A stretch of DNA of 63,774 nucleotides, the filler included, from Chthonomonadaceae bacterium (GTDB taxonomy: Bacteria; Armatimonadota; Chthonomonadetes; Chthonomonadales; Chthonomonadaceae): NCBI GenBank assembly GCA_035650735.1. It is 5 parts of 5 records of this genome, joined end to end, with 100 filler letters (N's around TTAATTAATTAA, not from the genome) between each part and the next. Parts side by side here need not be neighbours in the genome. Positions count along the whole stretch, not along the records: positions 34,016 to 48,347 come from DASRGZ010000067.1; positions 48,448 to 61,254 come from DASRGZ010000074.1; 3 more parts are not named here. One strand, 5' to 3'. The position numbers were made by a program, and so were the translations under genes. Positions 39,958-49,587 of this stretch are shown piece by piece (the stretch's first letter is position 1; every line of letters begins with the position of its first letter). The notes beneath the pieces were generated by a model. That model was not told the origin of the DNA. It saw only the letters and a list, made by a program, of their open reading frames with translations, and searched no databases.

Positions 39958-39987
39958 ATTGTAGCGGACGAGAGGGCTGATTGTCAA
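39958..39987 (-). promoter_or_regulatory. Sigma-70 promoter of the ABC operon
   Basis: Minus strand TTGACA-N18-TACAAT. Confidence 0.65.
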
Positions 39988-40297
39988 CGGGGTCGCGCAC
40001 GCGTCGGCTTCAGGATAGTCCCGGAAAGGCGTTTGCTCTTTTTTTCGGCACGATGCGGGCCGCTCTGCAGGGGAGCGCCAACGCGCGCCGGGATGTCTGC
40101 GGCCAGAAAGCGCGCGGGGCGGGAATTCTGGCCTTATTAAAACGCGTAGAACCTAGTGGGGACTGTCGTCGTCCAATCCATAAGAGCAAGGTGGGGCTGC
40201 ACAGAAGAAATGGGCGTGGGCAGCCAATAATCAAATAACCATAGCGAAATCGCAACCCCGAGGTGCTAGTGTCTGGTCTCGGATAGGGGGACCGACC

Positions 40298-40567
40298 ATG
40301 TCCAATCCAAAATCAATGGGCGCTCCGACACAGCAAGGCCAGGAGGCACAAGCCGCCAACGGCCAGCCGACAGTTATTCTGGAGATCAATGCAGCCTATA
40401 ACCGCCAGCAATTGTCCCTGCCCAAGCCAAACGGTCCCAACGGTCGGCGCGTGCTCAGCCTGGAGATGTTGATGAACCATCCCTTCTATTGGGAATGGCT
40501 CAACGAGCGGGAAACAGAAGAAGTGCTGATGGAGCTCTACATCGCACGGACGCAGCGAATGCAATAA
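40298..40567 (+). CDS. Small hypothetical protein (89 aa)
   Basis: AGGGGG RBS, ATG start, plausible composition; no family recognised. Confidence 0.6.
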   Translation: MSNPKSMGAPTQQGQEAQAANGQPTVILEINAAYNRQQLSLPKPNGPNGRRVLSLEMLMNHPFYWEWLNERETEEVLMELYIARTQRMQ

Positions 40568-40717
40568 GTTTTCTTATAGCGCCAGGTCTTGAGGCCGGGC
40601 GAGGATCGAAACAAACAAAAAGCCTGGGAGGCGCGCAAAGTCTCCGCGGCGGTTTTGCCTGGCGCGGGCGGTTCTCTACCGTCCGCGCCTTGCATTGGTT
40701 TCCCCGGCCTCTTCCGT

Positions 40718-40860
40718 AAAAGAAAGAGGCATCAGCCGTAGGGGAACACCGGCCAATGCCTGCCATCAGAAAGCGCTCACACGGATGGACTTAGATCGCG
40801 TATCCGAAGGGCACGGTCTAAAGCTTAGTGGTGTGATTACCGCGCTACCATCCGATACAC
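40718..40860 (-). ncRNA. Candidate small structured RNA with its own promoter and terminator
   Basis: Rod-like fold with central bubble and UUCG-capped tip, then GC hairpin plus U-rich tail; -10-like TATGAT at 40865-40870. Confidence 0.5.
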
Positions 40861-40891
40861 CCCTATCATACTCTACCGCCGCGCCGCGTGC

Positions 40892-40930
40892 TGTGAAAAA
40901 TGTCACACATAAGCTGTGAAATACAGCACG
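40892..40930. promoter_or_regulatory. CRP/FNR-family-like operator pair
   Basis: TGTGA-aaaatg-TCACA (40892-40907) and a weaker TGTGA-aataca-GCACG 23 bp further. Confidence 0.6.
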
Positions 40931-41024
40931 GAAGGGCCAGCAGAGGCGGAAATTGTTTCCCAATCGCTAACCATGCCCTTGATTGAATCTCTGTACCTTT
41001 GCTGGCATGATCTGCGTCTCGGAG

Positions 41025-41777
41025 CTACTTGCCCATCTTGCGCAGATTTTGCAGGCAGCGGTCCACGCACTCCAGAGGCGGATAGGCATAGCTCTCCTGC
41101 TCGACGATATACCATTCCGTGCCGCCAATCGTCTCGCACAGGTTGAAAATCTCGTTCCAGTCCACGTCGCCCTCGCCAATCAGCGCGTTCTCGTTGGTGG
41201 CGGAGTACTCTTTCACATGGACGGTGGCCGCCCGTCCCGGGTAGCGTTTCAGGAAGGGCGCCGCCTGAGCGCCCCCGTGCAGGGCGTTGCCGACGTCAAA
41301 CTGCATCACCACCTCCGGGCGGGTGTTGCCGAAGAAAATATCCCAGGGCAGCTCCCCCTCCATCGGCTGGAACTCGATGTGGTGGTTATGGTAGCCCGTG
41401 CGCATACCGTGAGGCTCCAGGCGCTCCGCGATCTCATTCATCAAACGGGCCGTCTCCCGCCAGGCCGCCGGCGAGTTGCGCCGATTCTCCGCCAGCCCCG
41501 GCACGATGAGGAACCGATTGCCCAGCGTCTGGTTGAATTCCACCGTCGCGGGCAGCGCGTCACCCAGCAGCGTATCCAGGCCGATATGGGTTCCGCAGCA
41601 CTTCAGGCCGTTGTCGTCCAGCAGCTTGCGCAGTTCCTGCGCGTTGCGCCCATAGTAGCCCGCGAACTCCACGCCGTCATAGCCCATCCGGGCGACCGCT
41701 TCCAGTACGCCCGGCAGATCGCGCGCACAGTCCTCACGCACCGAGTAAAGCTGCAAACCGATCGGTAGCTTTGCCAT
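41025..41777 (-). CDS. Sugar phosphate isomerase/epimerase (xylose isomerase-like TIM barrel)
   Basis: IGLQLYSVR, GYDGVEFAG, GYHNH, QFDVGN, VHVKE, WYIVEQE. Confidence 0.92.
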   Translation of the reverse strand: MAKLPIGLQLYSVREDCARDLPGVLEAVARMGYDGVEFAGYYGRNAQELRKLLDDNGLKCCGTHIGLDTLLGDALPATVEFNQTLGNRFLIVPGLAENRRNSPAAWRETARLMNEIAERLEPHGMRTGYHNHHIEFQPMEGELPWDIFFGNTRPEVVMQFDVGNALHGGAQAAPFLKRYPGRAATVHVKEYSATNENALIGEGDVDWNEIFNLCETIGGTEWYIVEQESYAYPPLECVDRCLQNLRKMGK

Positions 41778-41963
41778 AATTCTTCCCCCTTATTGTCGCC
41801 TGTCGCTTCGGCGGAAGCCCTACCTCCATGCCCGCCCGCAGGCGCTCTGCGGTGATCGGCCCCACATCCTTCGGAGGGCCGCCCGCTTCCCAAACTTCTC
41901 CGACACGCCCATCAACTCCTACTCGATTTTCGCAAATCTCGGGGGGGCCACAGAAGCGGCAGG

Positions 41964-43043
41964 TCAGGAAGCCTGGAGGAAGGCTTTGTAGATGGCCTCA
42001 AACAGCCGGACGTCATGGAGCGTGTCTTCGCCAGAGGAACGGAACGGCTCGCCGGAGCGCACGCACTCCAGAAAATGCCGGGCCTCCTCCCGATACGACC
42101 AGCCGGGCGGGGCAAACTCCTGCATCAGACGCGCGGGCTCACCCTCCCTGGCTGCCCGGTAGACCTCTACGCTCGCCGGGGTCTCCTTCTGCATCAGCGG
42201 GGGCGCCTGCGTCCGCAGCCAGCCGCCCTCAAAGTAGAGCTGGGTATGCTCGTCCCAGGCATGGTAGCGGGTGTATCCGCTCTCGATCACCGCGCGCACC
42301 CCGCCGATATTGAGCACAATCAGCCCGGTCATTCCGTCGTCATCCAGGTGCGCGGCTACTACCGACGCCTCGCCGGCGGTATCTCCCAGCAGGAAGCGCA
42401 GCAGATTGAGATTGTGGGTCCACTGCTGCAGGAAACCAAGATAGGGATCGTGCCATTTCTCGGGAAGCCAGTCGGGGCAGTCGTCAGGAGCGGACGGTGC
42501 GGCCTCCTCCGAACGCTCGAAGGCAACGTTGGGGTCCTGCCCATAGAGCCAATTGCCCCCAAAGCCGTGATTGCGCGCCAGCAGAAGGCGCCCACATTCG
42601 CCCGACTGCCGCCAGGCGTCCACGTGCTGCTTGAGCCGGAGATTGCCGGGGTCGTAACGTTTCATATAGCCGACCATCAGGCGCGCATTGCCTTCCCGCG
42701 CCGCGGCCAGCATTGCCTCGGCGCGCGCTGCCGAGACGGCCATAGGCTTCTCCATGAAGACGTGCTTGCCGGCCCGCAGCAGGTCGGCGGCGATCCGGCC
42801 TTGCAGCGCGTAGGGAGCCGAGACGCCGACCGCCTCAATGTCGGGATCGGCGGCCAACTCCTGATGAGAGCGATAAACCCGAGGGATGCCGTAGCGCGCG
42901 GCGACCTTTTGACCGAGGTCCTGGCGCACTTCCGCCAGGGCCAGCAGCCGGCACGCGGGCAGGGAGGTGAAATTGGGAATGTGGATATTCTGGGCTACGA
43001 AGCCGCAGCCCACATAGCCGAGCCGGACCGGATCCGTCATCAT
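41964..43043 (-). CDS. Gfo/Idh/MocA oxidoreductase
   Basis: LGYVGCGFVA Rossmann motif; GKHVFMEKPMA; VGYMKRYDP. Confidence 0.92.
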   Translation of the reverse strand: MMTDPVRLGYVGCGFVAQNIHIPNFTSLPACRLLALAEVRQDLGQKVAARYGIPRVYRSHQELAADPDIEAVGVSAPYALQGRIAADLLRAGKHVFMEKPMAVSAARAEAMLAAAREGNARLMVGYMKRYDPGNLRLKQHVDAWRQSGECGRLLLARNHGFGGNWLYGQDPNVAFERSEEAAPSAPDDCPDWLPEKWHDPYLGFLQQWTHNLNLLRFLLGDTAGEASVVAAHLDDDGMTGLIVLNIGGVRAVIESGYTRYHAWDEHTQLYFEGGWLRTQAPPLMQKETPASVEVYRAAREGEPARLMQEFAPPGWSYREEARHFLECVRSGEPFRSSGEDTLHDVRLFEAIYKAFLQAS

Positions 43044-43053
43044 CGGTGCCTCC

Positions 43054-43692
43054 TTATGCCGCAGGCGTTGGAGCGCCTGTCTCTGGCGCCGCCATTTCCT
43101 CTTGAGGCTCAGGGAACGGTAGGCACGCATACACGTCCGCCAGCCTCAATTCGCAGCCGATGGAATCCAGGGAAACAGCGCTCTCCAGTCCCTGCACCGA
43201 CGAATAGAGCCAGCCGTTCTCCTGGCGGCGGTAGATCTCAATGAGCGGCTGGTTCTGCGATACCAGAACATAGGCGTTCAGCGATTCCAATGTCTGATAA
43301 CAGAGCCGCTTTTCGCCCCGGTCTTTGGCTTCTGTGGAGTCGGAGAGTGCCTCGATAATCAGCGTGGGATTAAGCAGCGACCGCATACCCACTAACTCCT
43401 CATACTTCGGTTCGCCACAGACGACAATGACATCAGGAATTTATTGCACTGCGGCACACGTGCGCGCAGGTCGCTGACGAACAGGCGGCAGTCCTTACCG
43501 CGCAACTGTCCCTAGAGTTCCCCGTGGACGTTGCTGGTAAATGGTATAGTGTTCGGGACTGGCTCCTGCCATTGCCACGACGATACCGCCGTGATATTCG
43601 CTTTTCCTCTCGGCCTTGTGCTCGCGCTCCAGATACTCCTGCGGCGTCAGGCGGGGCTGTGGTTCGGTCTTCTGCTTCGGGTAGACAACCAC
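43054..43692 (-). pseudogene. Uma2/DUF820 endonuclease pseudogene
   Basis: LTPQEYLERE..KSEYHGG..AMAGAS..H N-terminus and PDVIVVCGEP..NPTLIIEALSDSTEAKDRGEK C-terminus are split by frameshifts and an in-frame TAG. Confidence 0.85.
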
Positions 43693-43750
43693 CGCTGGAT
43701 TCCTCCTGTCTTAGCGCCCAAACCAGCGTTGTAGGCCATGAAGCCTCCAC

Positions 43751-43839
43751 TCTCTATTCCTAACTCCTACGGACAGAACGACTATTCCAGTTGATCTTCG
43801 CGCTGCGCAAGTCTCTATTCCTAACTCCTACGGACAGAA
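43751..43839. repeat. Two 28-bp direct repeats
   Basis: tctctattcctaactcctacggacagaa at 43751-43778 and 43812-43839. Confidence 0.85.
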
Positions 43840-43862
43840 TATTTCCGGAGTATCAAACCAGC

Positions 43863-43997
43863 TTACTCTTCGTTCAGGTCTTTCAGTCCCGCCAGCGAGG
43901 TCCCATAGGCGTCGCCGATTCCGAGCAGCTGCCGCATCACGCGCGTTCTCGCTCTGGCTTTGAGCGCCTCGCTGGGCTCGTATCCTTGCCAGACCTT
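43863..43997 (-). pseudogene. Orphan 3' fragment of a PhyH paralogue
   Basis: KVWQGYEPSEALKARARTRVMRQLLGIGDAYGTSLAGLKDLNEE-stop, similar to the neighbour's RIWPGYEPSQRLLASAQTAVRKQLLGMGPAYMTGLKDDE. Confidence 0.75.
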
Positions 43998-44041
43998 CGT
44001 CTGGCTTCTACGGGGTCTTAGTTGCTGAAAGGCGAGTTCGT

Positions 44042-44809
44042 TTATTCGTCATCCTTGAGCCCCGTCATGTATGCGGGCCCCATTCCCAACAACTGCTTGC
44101 GCACTGCGGTTTGTGCGCTCGCCAATAGGCGCTGCGAAGGCTCGTAACCAGGCCATATTCGCATCCAATGGTGCCCATAATTGTAGATCAGGACGCGGCG
44201 GGGCTTGTCGGAGGTGTTGTCGCTGGCCGCGTGAAAACAGCGCCCGTTGAAAAAATAAGCTGTGCCTGCTGGAAACGCCATCTCGACGTGGCCGGGCATA
44301 TCGGGCGGGTTTTCCACATTCGGTAACGGAAAGTCCATCGGGAAGCGGTGGGAACCGGGCAGGAACAGCGTGCCGCCGCCGCCGGGCGGCACGTCTTCGA
44401 GAAGGTAGAAGACCTTTACCATCAGCACAGAGCGGGGATGATAGACGCCCGGCATCCCCACGTCATGATGCCAGCGGGCATGGGTAGAGGTATGGGGCGG
44501 CGAGATGTATAGGTCATTGTCTATCATCGAGACATCATTGCCCAGGATTTCACGCACCAGCGGGAAGACCTTCGGATGCTCCATCAGGTCGAGGAAGTAG
44601 TCATCGTACTCTATGGGGGCCTGTACCTGCTGCAAGTTCTCGCGGCGCACGCCCAGGCGAGTCGGATCAGCGCGCCAGGCGGCTTCCGCGCGGTCGGCGG
44701 CCTCCCGCGCCCGCGCCAGTTCCTCCGGCGACAGGGCATCTGGAATCACCAGGTATCCATTCGTCTCGAAAAACAGACGCTGCTCATCCGTCATGATGGT
44801 CTTTCCCAT
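44042..44809 (-). CDS. PhyH-family dioxygenase
   Basis: FFETNGYLVIPDAL, WHHD, LPGSH, FHAA...R; AGGAGG RBS. Confidence 0.92.
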   Translation of the reverse strand: MGKTIMTDEQRLFFETNGYLVIPDALSPEELARAREAADRAEAAWRADPTRLGVRRENLQQVQAPIEYDDYFLDLMEHPKVFPLVREILGNDVSMIDNDLYISPPHTSTHARWHHDVGMPGVYHPRSVLMVKVFYLLEDVPPGGGGTLFLPGSHRFPMDFPLPNVENPPDMPGHVEMAFPAGTAYFFNGRCFHAASDNTSDKPRRVLIYNYGHHWMRIWPGYEPSQRLLASAQTAVRKQLLGMGPAYMTGLKDDE

Positions 44810-44996
44810 CTTTTCCCTCCTGCTGTGAGTCGTCTGGCTCATCCTTCAACTCGATTCCCCGCTGCTTTGCCATGTCCCGGATGGCCAACTCGATGACTTT
44901 CGTCTGCGGCAATCCCGTGTCCTTAGCGAGAGCTTTTAGGATACGCATCGCCTCTGCAGAGAACCGGAACGCCGTGGCTTTCCTTGTAGTCGTCAT
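44784..44996 (-). CDS. Ribbon-helix-helix (CopG-like) DNA-binding protein
   Basis: RKATAFRFS beta-strand then helix LKALAKDTGLPQTKVIELAIR; GAGGGG RBS. Confidence 0.7.
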   Translation of the reverse strand: MTTTRKATAFRFSAEAMRILKALAKDTGLPQTKVIELAIRDMAKQRGIELKDEPDDSQQEGKDGKDHHDG

Positions 44997-45016
44997 ACCG
45001 AATTTCCCCTCGATCT

Positions 45017-45134
45017 ATTGTACCGCCTCCTGCAATACCTCGGCAAGCATGCGCGAAAAAATCTTCGGCCTCCTCTTGATTTTTGTATTACACTTTGCAG
45101 TGCAACAGAGCAATTGTACCGCAAGATGCAATAC
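45017..45134. promoter_or_regulatory. Repeated palindromic operator-like sites
   Basis: ATTGTACCGC-N4-TGCAATAC at 45017-45038 and 45113-45134, with a weaker copy near 45082. Confidence 0.6.
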
Positions 45135-45178
45135 GCTGGATGCGAATATAGGAGGATGTCCAATCAGAATCGGGGAAA

Positions 45179-47151
45179 ATGGCCGGAGTGCGTGGAGCGT
45201 TCAAGAGGTGGACGAACAAGCGGTCACGGCCCTGGTGCGGGCTTTGGACGTGTCGCGTGCTGCTGCCGCTGTGTTCGTCGGACGTGGGCTGGACACAGTA
45301 GAGCGGATAGATGGTTTCGCTCGGCTCGACATGGGAGCCTTACATGACCCTCACCGGTTGCCAGATATGGGTGTGGCGGTCACCCGCCTGAATCAGGCGA
45401 TAGATCAGGGCGAGAATATCCGCGTCTACAGCGACTCCGATGTAGACGGCCTCTGCGCCTGCGCCACGCTCGTCTACATCCTGCGGCGGTTGGGGGCGTC
45501 GGTTTCCGACCAGATAGCCGGACGCTACTCGCAAGGCTTCGGGGTGAAGCCGGGAGCGGTCAAGGCGGCGAAGGCCGCGGGTGCGTCCCTTATTATCGCG
45601 GTGGACAGCGGTATGTCCACAGAGGCTGCCGAGTGTGCGCGGAGCATGGGCATGGATTTCATGGTGATAGATCACCACGAAATGCCCGATGTTAGGCACC
45701 TTCCTCCCGCTCACGCCGTTATTAACCCCAAGCGCACCGACAGCGCCTACCCGTTCTCCGGACTAACCAGCGCCGCCCTCGCCATGAAGGTGATGGTCGC
45801 TCTGACGGTTCACCGGGGTCATGATGCCGAGCGGGTTATGGCCCACCTCCTTGACCTCACGGCCCTCGGCACGGTCTGCGACCAAGCTTCCATGACGGGC
45901 GAAAACCGGGTGCTCGCCCATCTGGGCTGCGCGATGCTCGCAGAGCCTCGGCGTATTGGCATTCGGCAACTCTTCCGACTGGCCGGGATTATCCAGCCTG
46001 TGGATACGATCACCATCAGCCATTCGGTCGGCCCACGATTGAATGCAGCGGCCAGGCTGCTTGGGCCCACGGCTGCGTTGGAGTGGCTCCTGACCTCAGA
46101 TGAAGGCCGGGCCTTACGAATCGCCGAGCGCCTAGAGGAAGTCAATCGCTGGAGGCAGGCGCGACAGCAGGCCATGTTCGAGGAGGCTCTGTCCCTCTTG
46201 CCCGAAATCGAAGCTAAGGCTGTTGTTCCGGTCATCCAGGTCAAAAGTTGGCACGTGGGCGTGGCATCGTTGGCCGCCCGGCAGTTAATGGAGCGGCTGG
46301 ACAAAAAAGCGGTCGTTCTCGCGACTATCCCTGACGGGGACAACATCGTGACCGGAATTTGCCGAGGAAATGGCATATTGGATGTTCTGGCGGCCCTCCA
46401 GGGATGTGGCGAGCATTTGACGCGCCTGGGTGGAAACGAGCGCGTGGCGTTTTTCAATCTGGAGGCCAAGAGCTTGCTTTATGTGACCGCACACCTGAAC
46501 ACGCTCGCGAGGACGGCCCCACCCCCCACACTAAGGGCGGATGCGCGCGTGCGACGGGAAGAAATCAGCTTCGACACGATGGATGCCGTGAGCGCTATCC
46601 TGCCGCCATACGGGAACGAAAACCCGGAACCGCTCTATCTGGGAGAGGGACTGACTATCCTCGGAACGCGCACTTTCGGGGTTGGGCGTCACCTGGAACT
46701 GCATTTAGAGGGATCGTCGCCGAATCAACCTTTCGTCAGGGCGGTCGCCTGGAATCGTAGTCATGAGGCAAACCGCTTCGCCCCTGGAGTAGCTCTGGAC
46801 ATCGTTTTCCGTCTGCGACCGAACCACTATTGCGGGCGGCGCTACCTCCAGTTAGTAGTAGAGGCTCTCAGAGAAGCGAAAACGCGCCCGATGCGCCATC
46901 AGTTGGACATCGCGTTAATCCGAGGCAGTTGGAGCCGAAGCGAGCCACCAAAACCTGCGAGCAACGGTCACAACCGTACCTACGAGGAGAAATCGGCTGC
47001 CAGCATGACAGGCCGAACGATCCTGATGCTGACCGCACGGCGGCTGCGGCTTACACGAAAGGGGTTCGCCTCCCCTGCTCTGCGCCCACGCTTCCACCGA
47101 ACCGACCTGCGGAAGCAAACGGTATCCGCAGGAGTGGTGACCACGGCATAG
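45179..47151 (+). CDS. Divergent RecJ-like DHH exonuclease (start uncertain, possibly frameshifted)
   Basis: DPHRLPDM, SDSDVDG, AVDSG, IDHH, INPK, GTVCD, GPRLNAAARL, PPYGNENPEP. Confidence 0.8.
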
Positions 47152-47191
47152 GGCAGCAGACGCCTTAAATAAAAGAGCCGTCCAGTTTTTT

Positions 47192-48208
47192 GGTAGCCCC
47201 GCACACAAGCGGGATCAAATCGGTGCCCTCGCTAACTGGTGAGTTCGCATCGCTTTGGGTGGTCGCCCGCACCTTTTGGGCGGCACAAACGGGGGCGGTG
47301 GCACCCGATAGGTCAACAACTCGCCCACCGTCCAGACGGCGTTGGTGATACCGGCCGCCATCGCCGGAGTGCGCTCGCGCCATTTGCGTCCTACGTCGGC
47401 CTGCTCTTGCCGCAGGCTCTTGTGGGGCTACAGAAGTTATAGACACACCCGACCAGGTACATTCCCGCCGAGAGGGTAGCCGTCTGGCGCACCAGACACC
47501 GACTGCGCCGTACCAGGCAGCACAAGCGCTGCCGAAAGGTGGCGTTCAGGCGCTCAATGTAGGCGGTGTTCAACACCTGCCCCACCGGCAGAAGCGCTTC
47601 CAACTGAGCCTGGGTGCCCTGCACCAGGCGATGGGCCACCCCCACGACGTGGCCTTTTGGTACTGCTTGAGCACCTGACCGATCACGATTTCCGGCCAGG
47701 CGAACAGGTGCGGACGGCCTTTCTTTCCGGTCCAGACCGGTGTACGAAACGCCTTCTGCCAGGCCGACACATAGCTTGCCAGGCCGTCGGTGACCAGCAA
47801 CAGCGGGCCGTACAAAGCCCCCGCTTTGACCTTTGCAACCAGGTGGACAAGCAAGGCTTTGTCCCGCTGGACGCTGACGCCCCCGCCCAGCCAGAGGCGA
47901 GTATGCACCTGGATGGCCAGGGCCATCCAGACCACCAGGCGTTTCTGCAACTTGATGCGTAGTTCGTCAGCTTGGACGGCCCCCAGATCGCGGGGCTGGT
48001 CTTGGACCAGGCGTTCCTGCACGGTCTGGCAATGTTTTCCCGCCTTCTTCTGCCAGCGGGCCACCGTGCGCTCGTCGCAGCCGAAGGCCCGGACGATGGC
48101 CTGGGGCGGACAGCCATAGGCCAGCAAGGCCAACACCAACAGCACGGTGGCTTCCTGTGTCTGAAGCCGATACAGGACGGTGCCCTTGCGGGCGGTAAAG
48201 GACTGGCC
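47192..48208 (-). mobile_element. IS1-family-like transposase pseudogene, frameshifted and interrupted
   Basis: VQADELR..WMALAI, LVTDGLASY, NTAYIERLNATFR, YNFC, TPAMAAG segments in different frames; terminal ggtagcccc. Confidence 0.8.
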
Positions 48209-48347
48209 TGAATAACGACAAATAGATTTCCGCCCAAACGACAATTAGAACTCCCGCTGGCTTGCAGCGAATAGACTTGTTCCAGTCCATCGCAAGGAGA
48301 CTGGAATGGTCACAGATCAGCAAGTGAGGAGGCTTCTGTCGTTGAGC
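48209..48347 (+). mobile_element. IS21-family left end and istA start (cut by contig end)
   Basis: TG terminus with repeated acgacaa subterminal motifs; ORF from 48306 MVTDQQVRRLLSLS. Confidence 0.65.
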
Positions 48348-48757
48348 NNNNNNNNNNNNNNNNNNNNNNNNNNNNNNNNNNNNNNNNNNNNTTAATTAAT
48401 TAANNNNNNNNNNNNNNNNNNNNNNNNNNNNNNNNNNNNNNNNNNNNCGACAGCCCGCTCTTTTGGGCGCGCGTGTGCTCGACCCAGGGGCTTTGCTGTA
48501 TGGTCAGCCACCCCCGTTGGGCCTGCGGGCAGGCTGGAAACCGTGGTTGAGAGCGGCCTAAATCCTTGAGGAGCGGGCCTCAATATTATTCGCCCGCTAC
48601 CGCAAACGGAACAGCCCTGGGCCGTTGCCATGCCGCAGGAATATCCGGCAAGAACCGCGAACCTGTTCGCGCGTGCGCTCTGCGGCAAGCGTTTTATGGG
48701 ATGCTGGAAGGAGCGGCAGCGATACATTTCCCGGCGACAGGAGGAGAGATAACCACA

Positions 48758-49525
48758 ATGACCGAGGAGCAGAAGTTCTGGTTTGACCTGAAGGGATGGC
48801 TGCTGATACCGGGCGTGCTCAGCGAGAGCGAGACGGACGCAATCAAAGCCTACCTCTACGCAGGCGGCGATGGCTACGGCGGCCCGGCGCAGGAGCTGCT
48901 TGATCACCCTGTCGTTGTAGACGTTCTGAACGAGATCCTATCGGGCTGGGAGGCGAAGGAGGACTACTATCACTTCCGCTGCGAGAACTCCTTTATCACC
49001 ATCCGTAAGGCCGGCTGGACGCCCGGCGGAACGTATGTGCCGCATGTGGTGCTGCCGCCGCAGCAGGCCAGCCCGATGACCTACCAGTGTCAGGGAGGCA
49101 AGATCTACTCCGGCCTGACGCGCGTGGTCTGGGAGCTCAATCCGGTGGAGAAGGGCGACGGCGGTACGCTGTTCCTCTCCGGCACGCACAAGGCGAAGTT
49201 CCCCTATCCGTCCTCGGTGCTCCAGCCGGACAACCCGCACATGGAGTCCTATAGCTGTCCCGCCGGCTCCGTCTTCATCTTCACGGAGTCGCTGCTGCAC
49301 GCCTCGACGCCCTGGAAGAACCCGAAAGTAGACCGTGTGGCGATCTTCAACTGCTACAACTCGGTCTGGGCGCAGTGGCACCGGCTGAACCTTCCGCATG
49401 AGCGCATCGAGGCCATGTCCCCGAAGCGGCAAAGCCTATTTCGGGGCGTCTACGCGCACGACTTCACCAAGAAGCCAGAGGAAGGCGGCAACCGCCATTA
49501 CGCCCTGAACAACCGCGCGCTGTAG
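48758..49525 (+). CDS. PhyH-like dioxygenase with atypical metal triad
   Basis: MTEEQKFWFDLKGWL, GDGGTLFLSGTHKA, FTESLLHAS..W...R; HVV where HxD is expected. Confidence 0.8.
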   Translation: MTEEQKFWFDLKGWLLIPGVLSESETDAIKAYLYAGGDGYGGPAQELLDHPVVVDVLNEILSGWEAKEDYYHFRCENSFITIRKAGWTPGGTYVPHVVLPPQQASPMTYQCQGGKIYSGLTRVVWELNPVEKGDGGTLFLSGTHKAKFPYPSSVLQPDNPHMESYSCPAGSVFIFTESLLHASTPWKNPKVDRVAIFNCYNSVWAQWHRLNLPHERIEAMSPKRQSLFRGVYAHDFTKKPEEGGNRHYALNNRAL

Positions 49526-49587
49526 AAGCCGTTCATGCAGGTGGAACCTTACCAGGGAAACGATCTCGTGACATCAGAGACGTTGCA

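Noticed and set aside
43512..43514. In-frame TAG in the Uma2 gene as pyrrolysine or read-through
   Set aside because: The same gene has frameshifts, so ordinary pseudogene decay explains it
44872..45178. N-terminal 100 aa of the 759-aa RecJ ORF
   Set aside because: Overlaps the opposite-strand RHH gene and the operator region; RecJ similarity starts only near WSVQEVD
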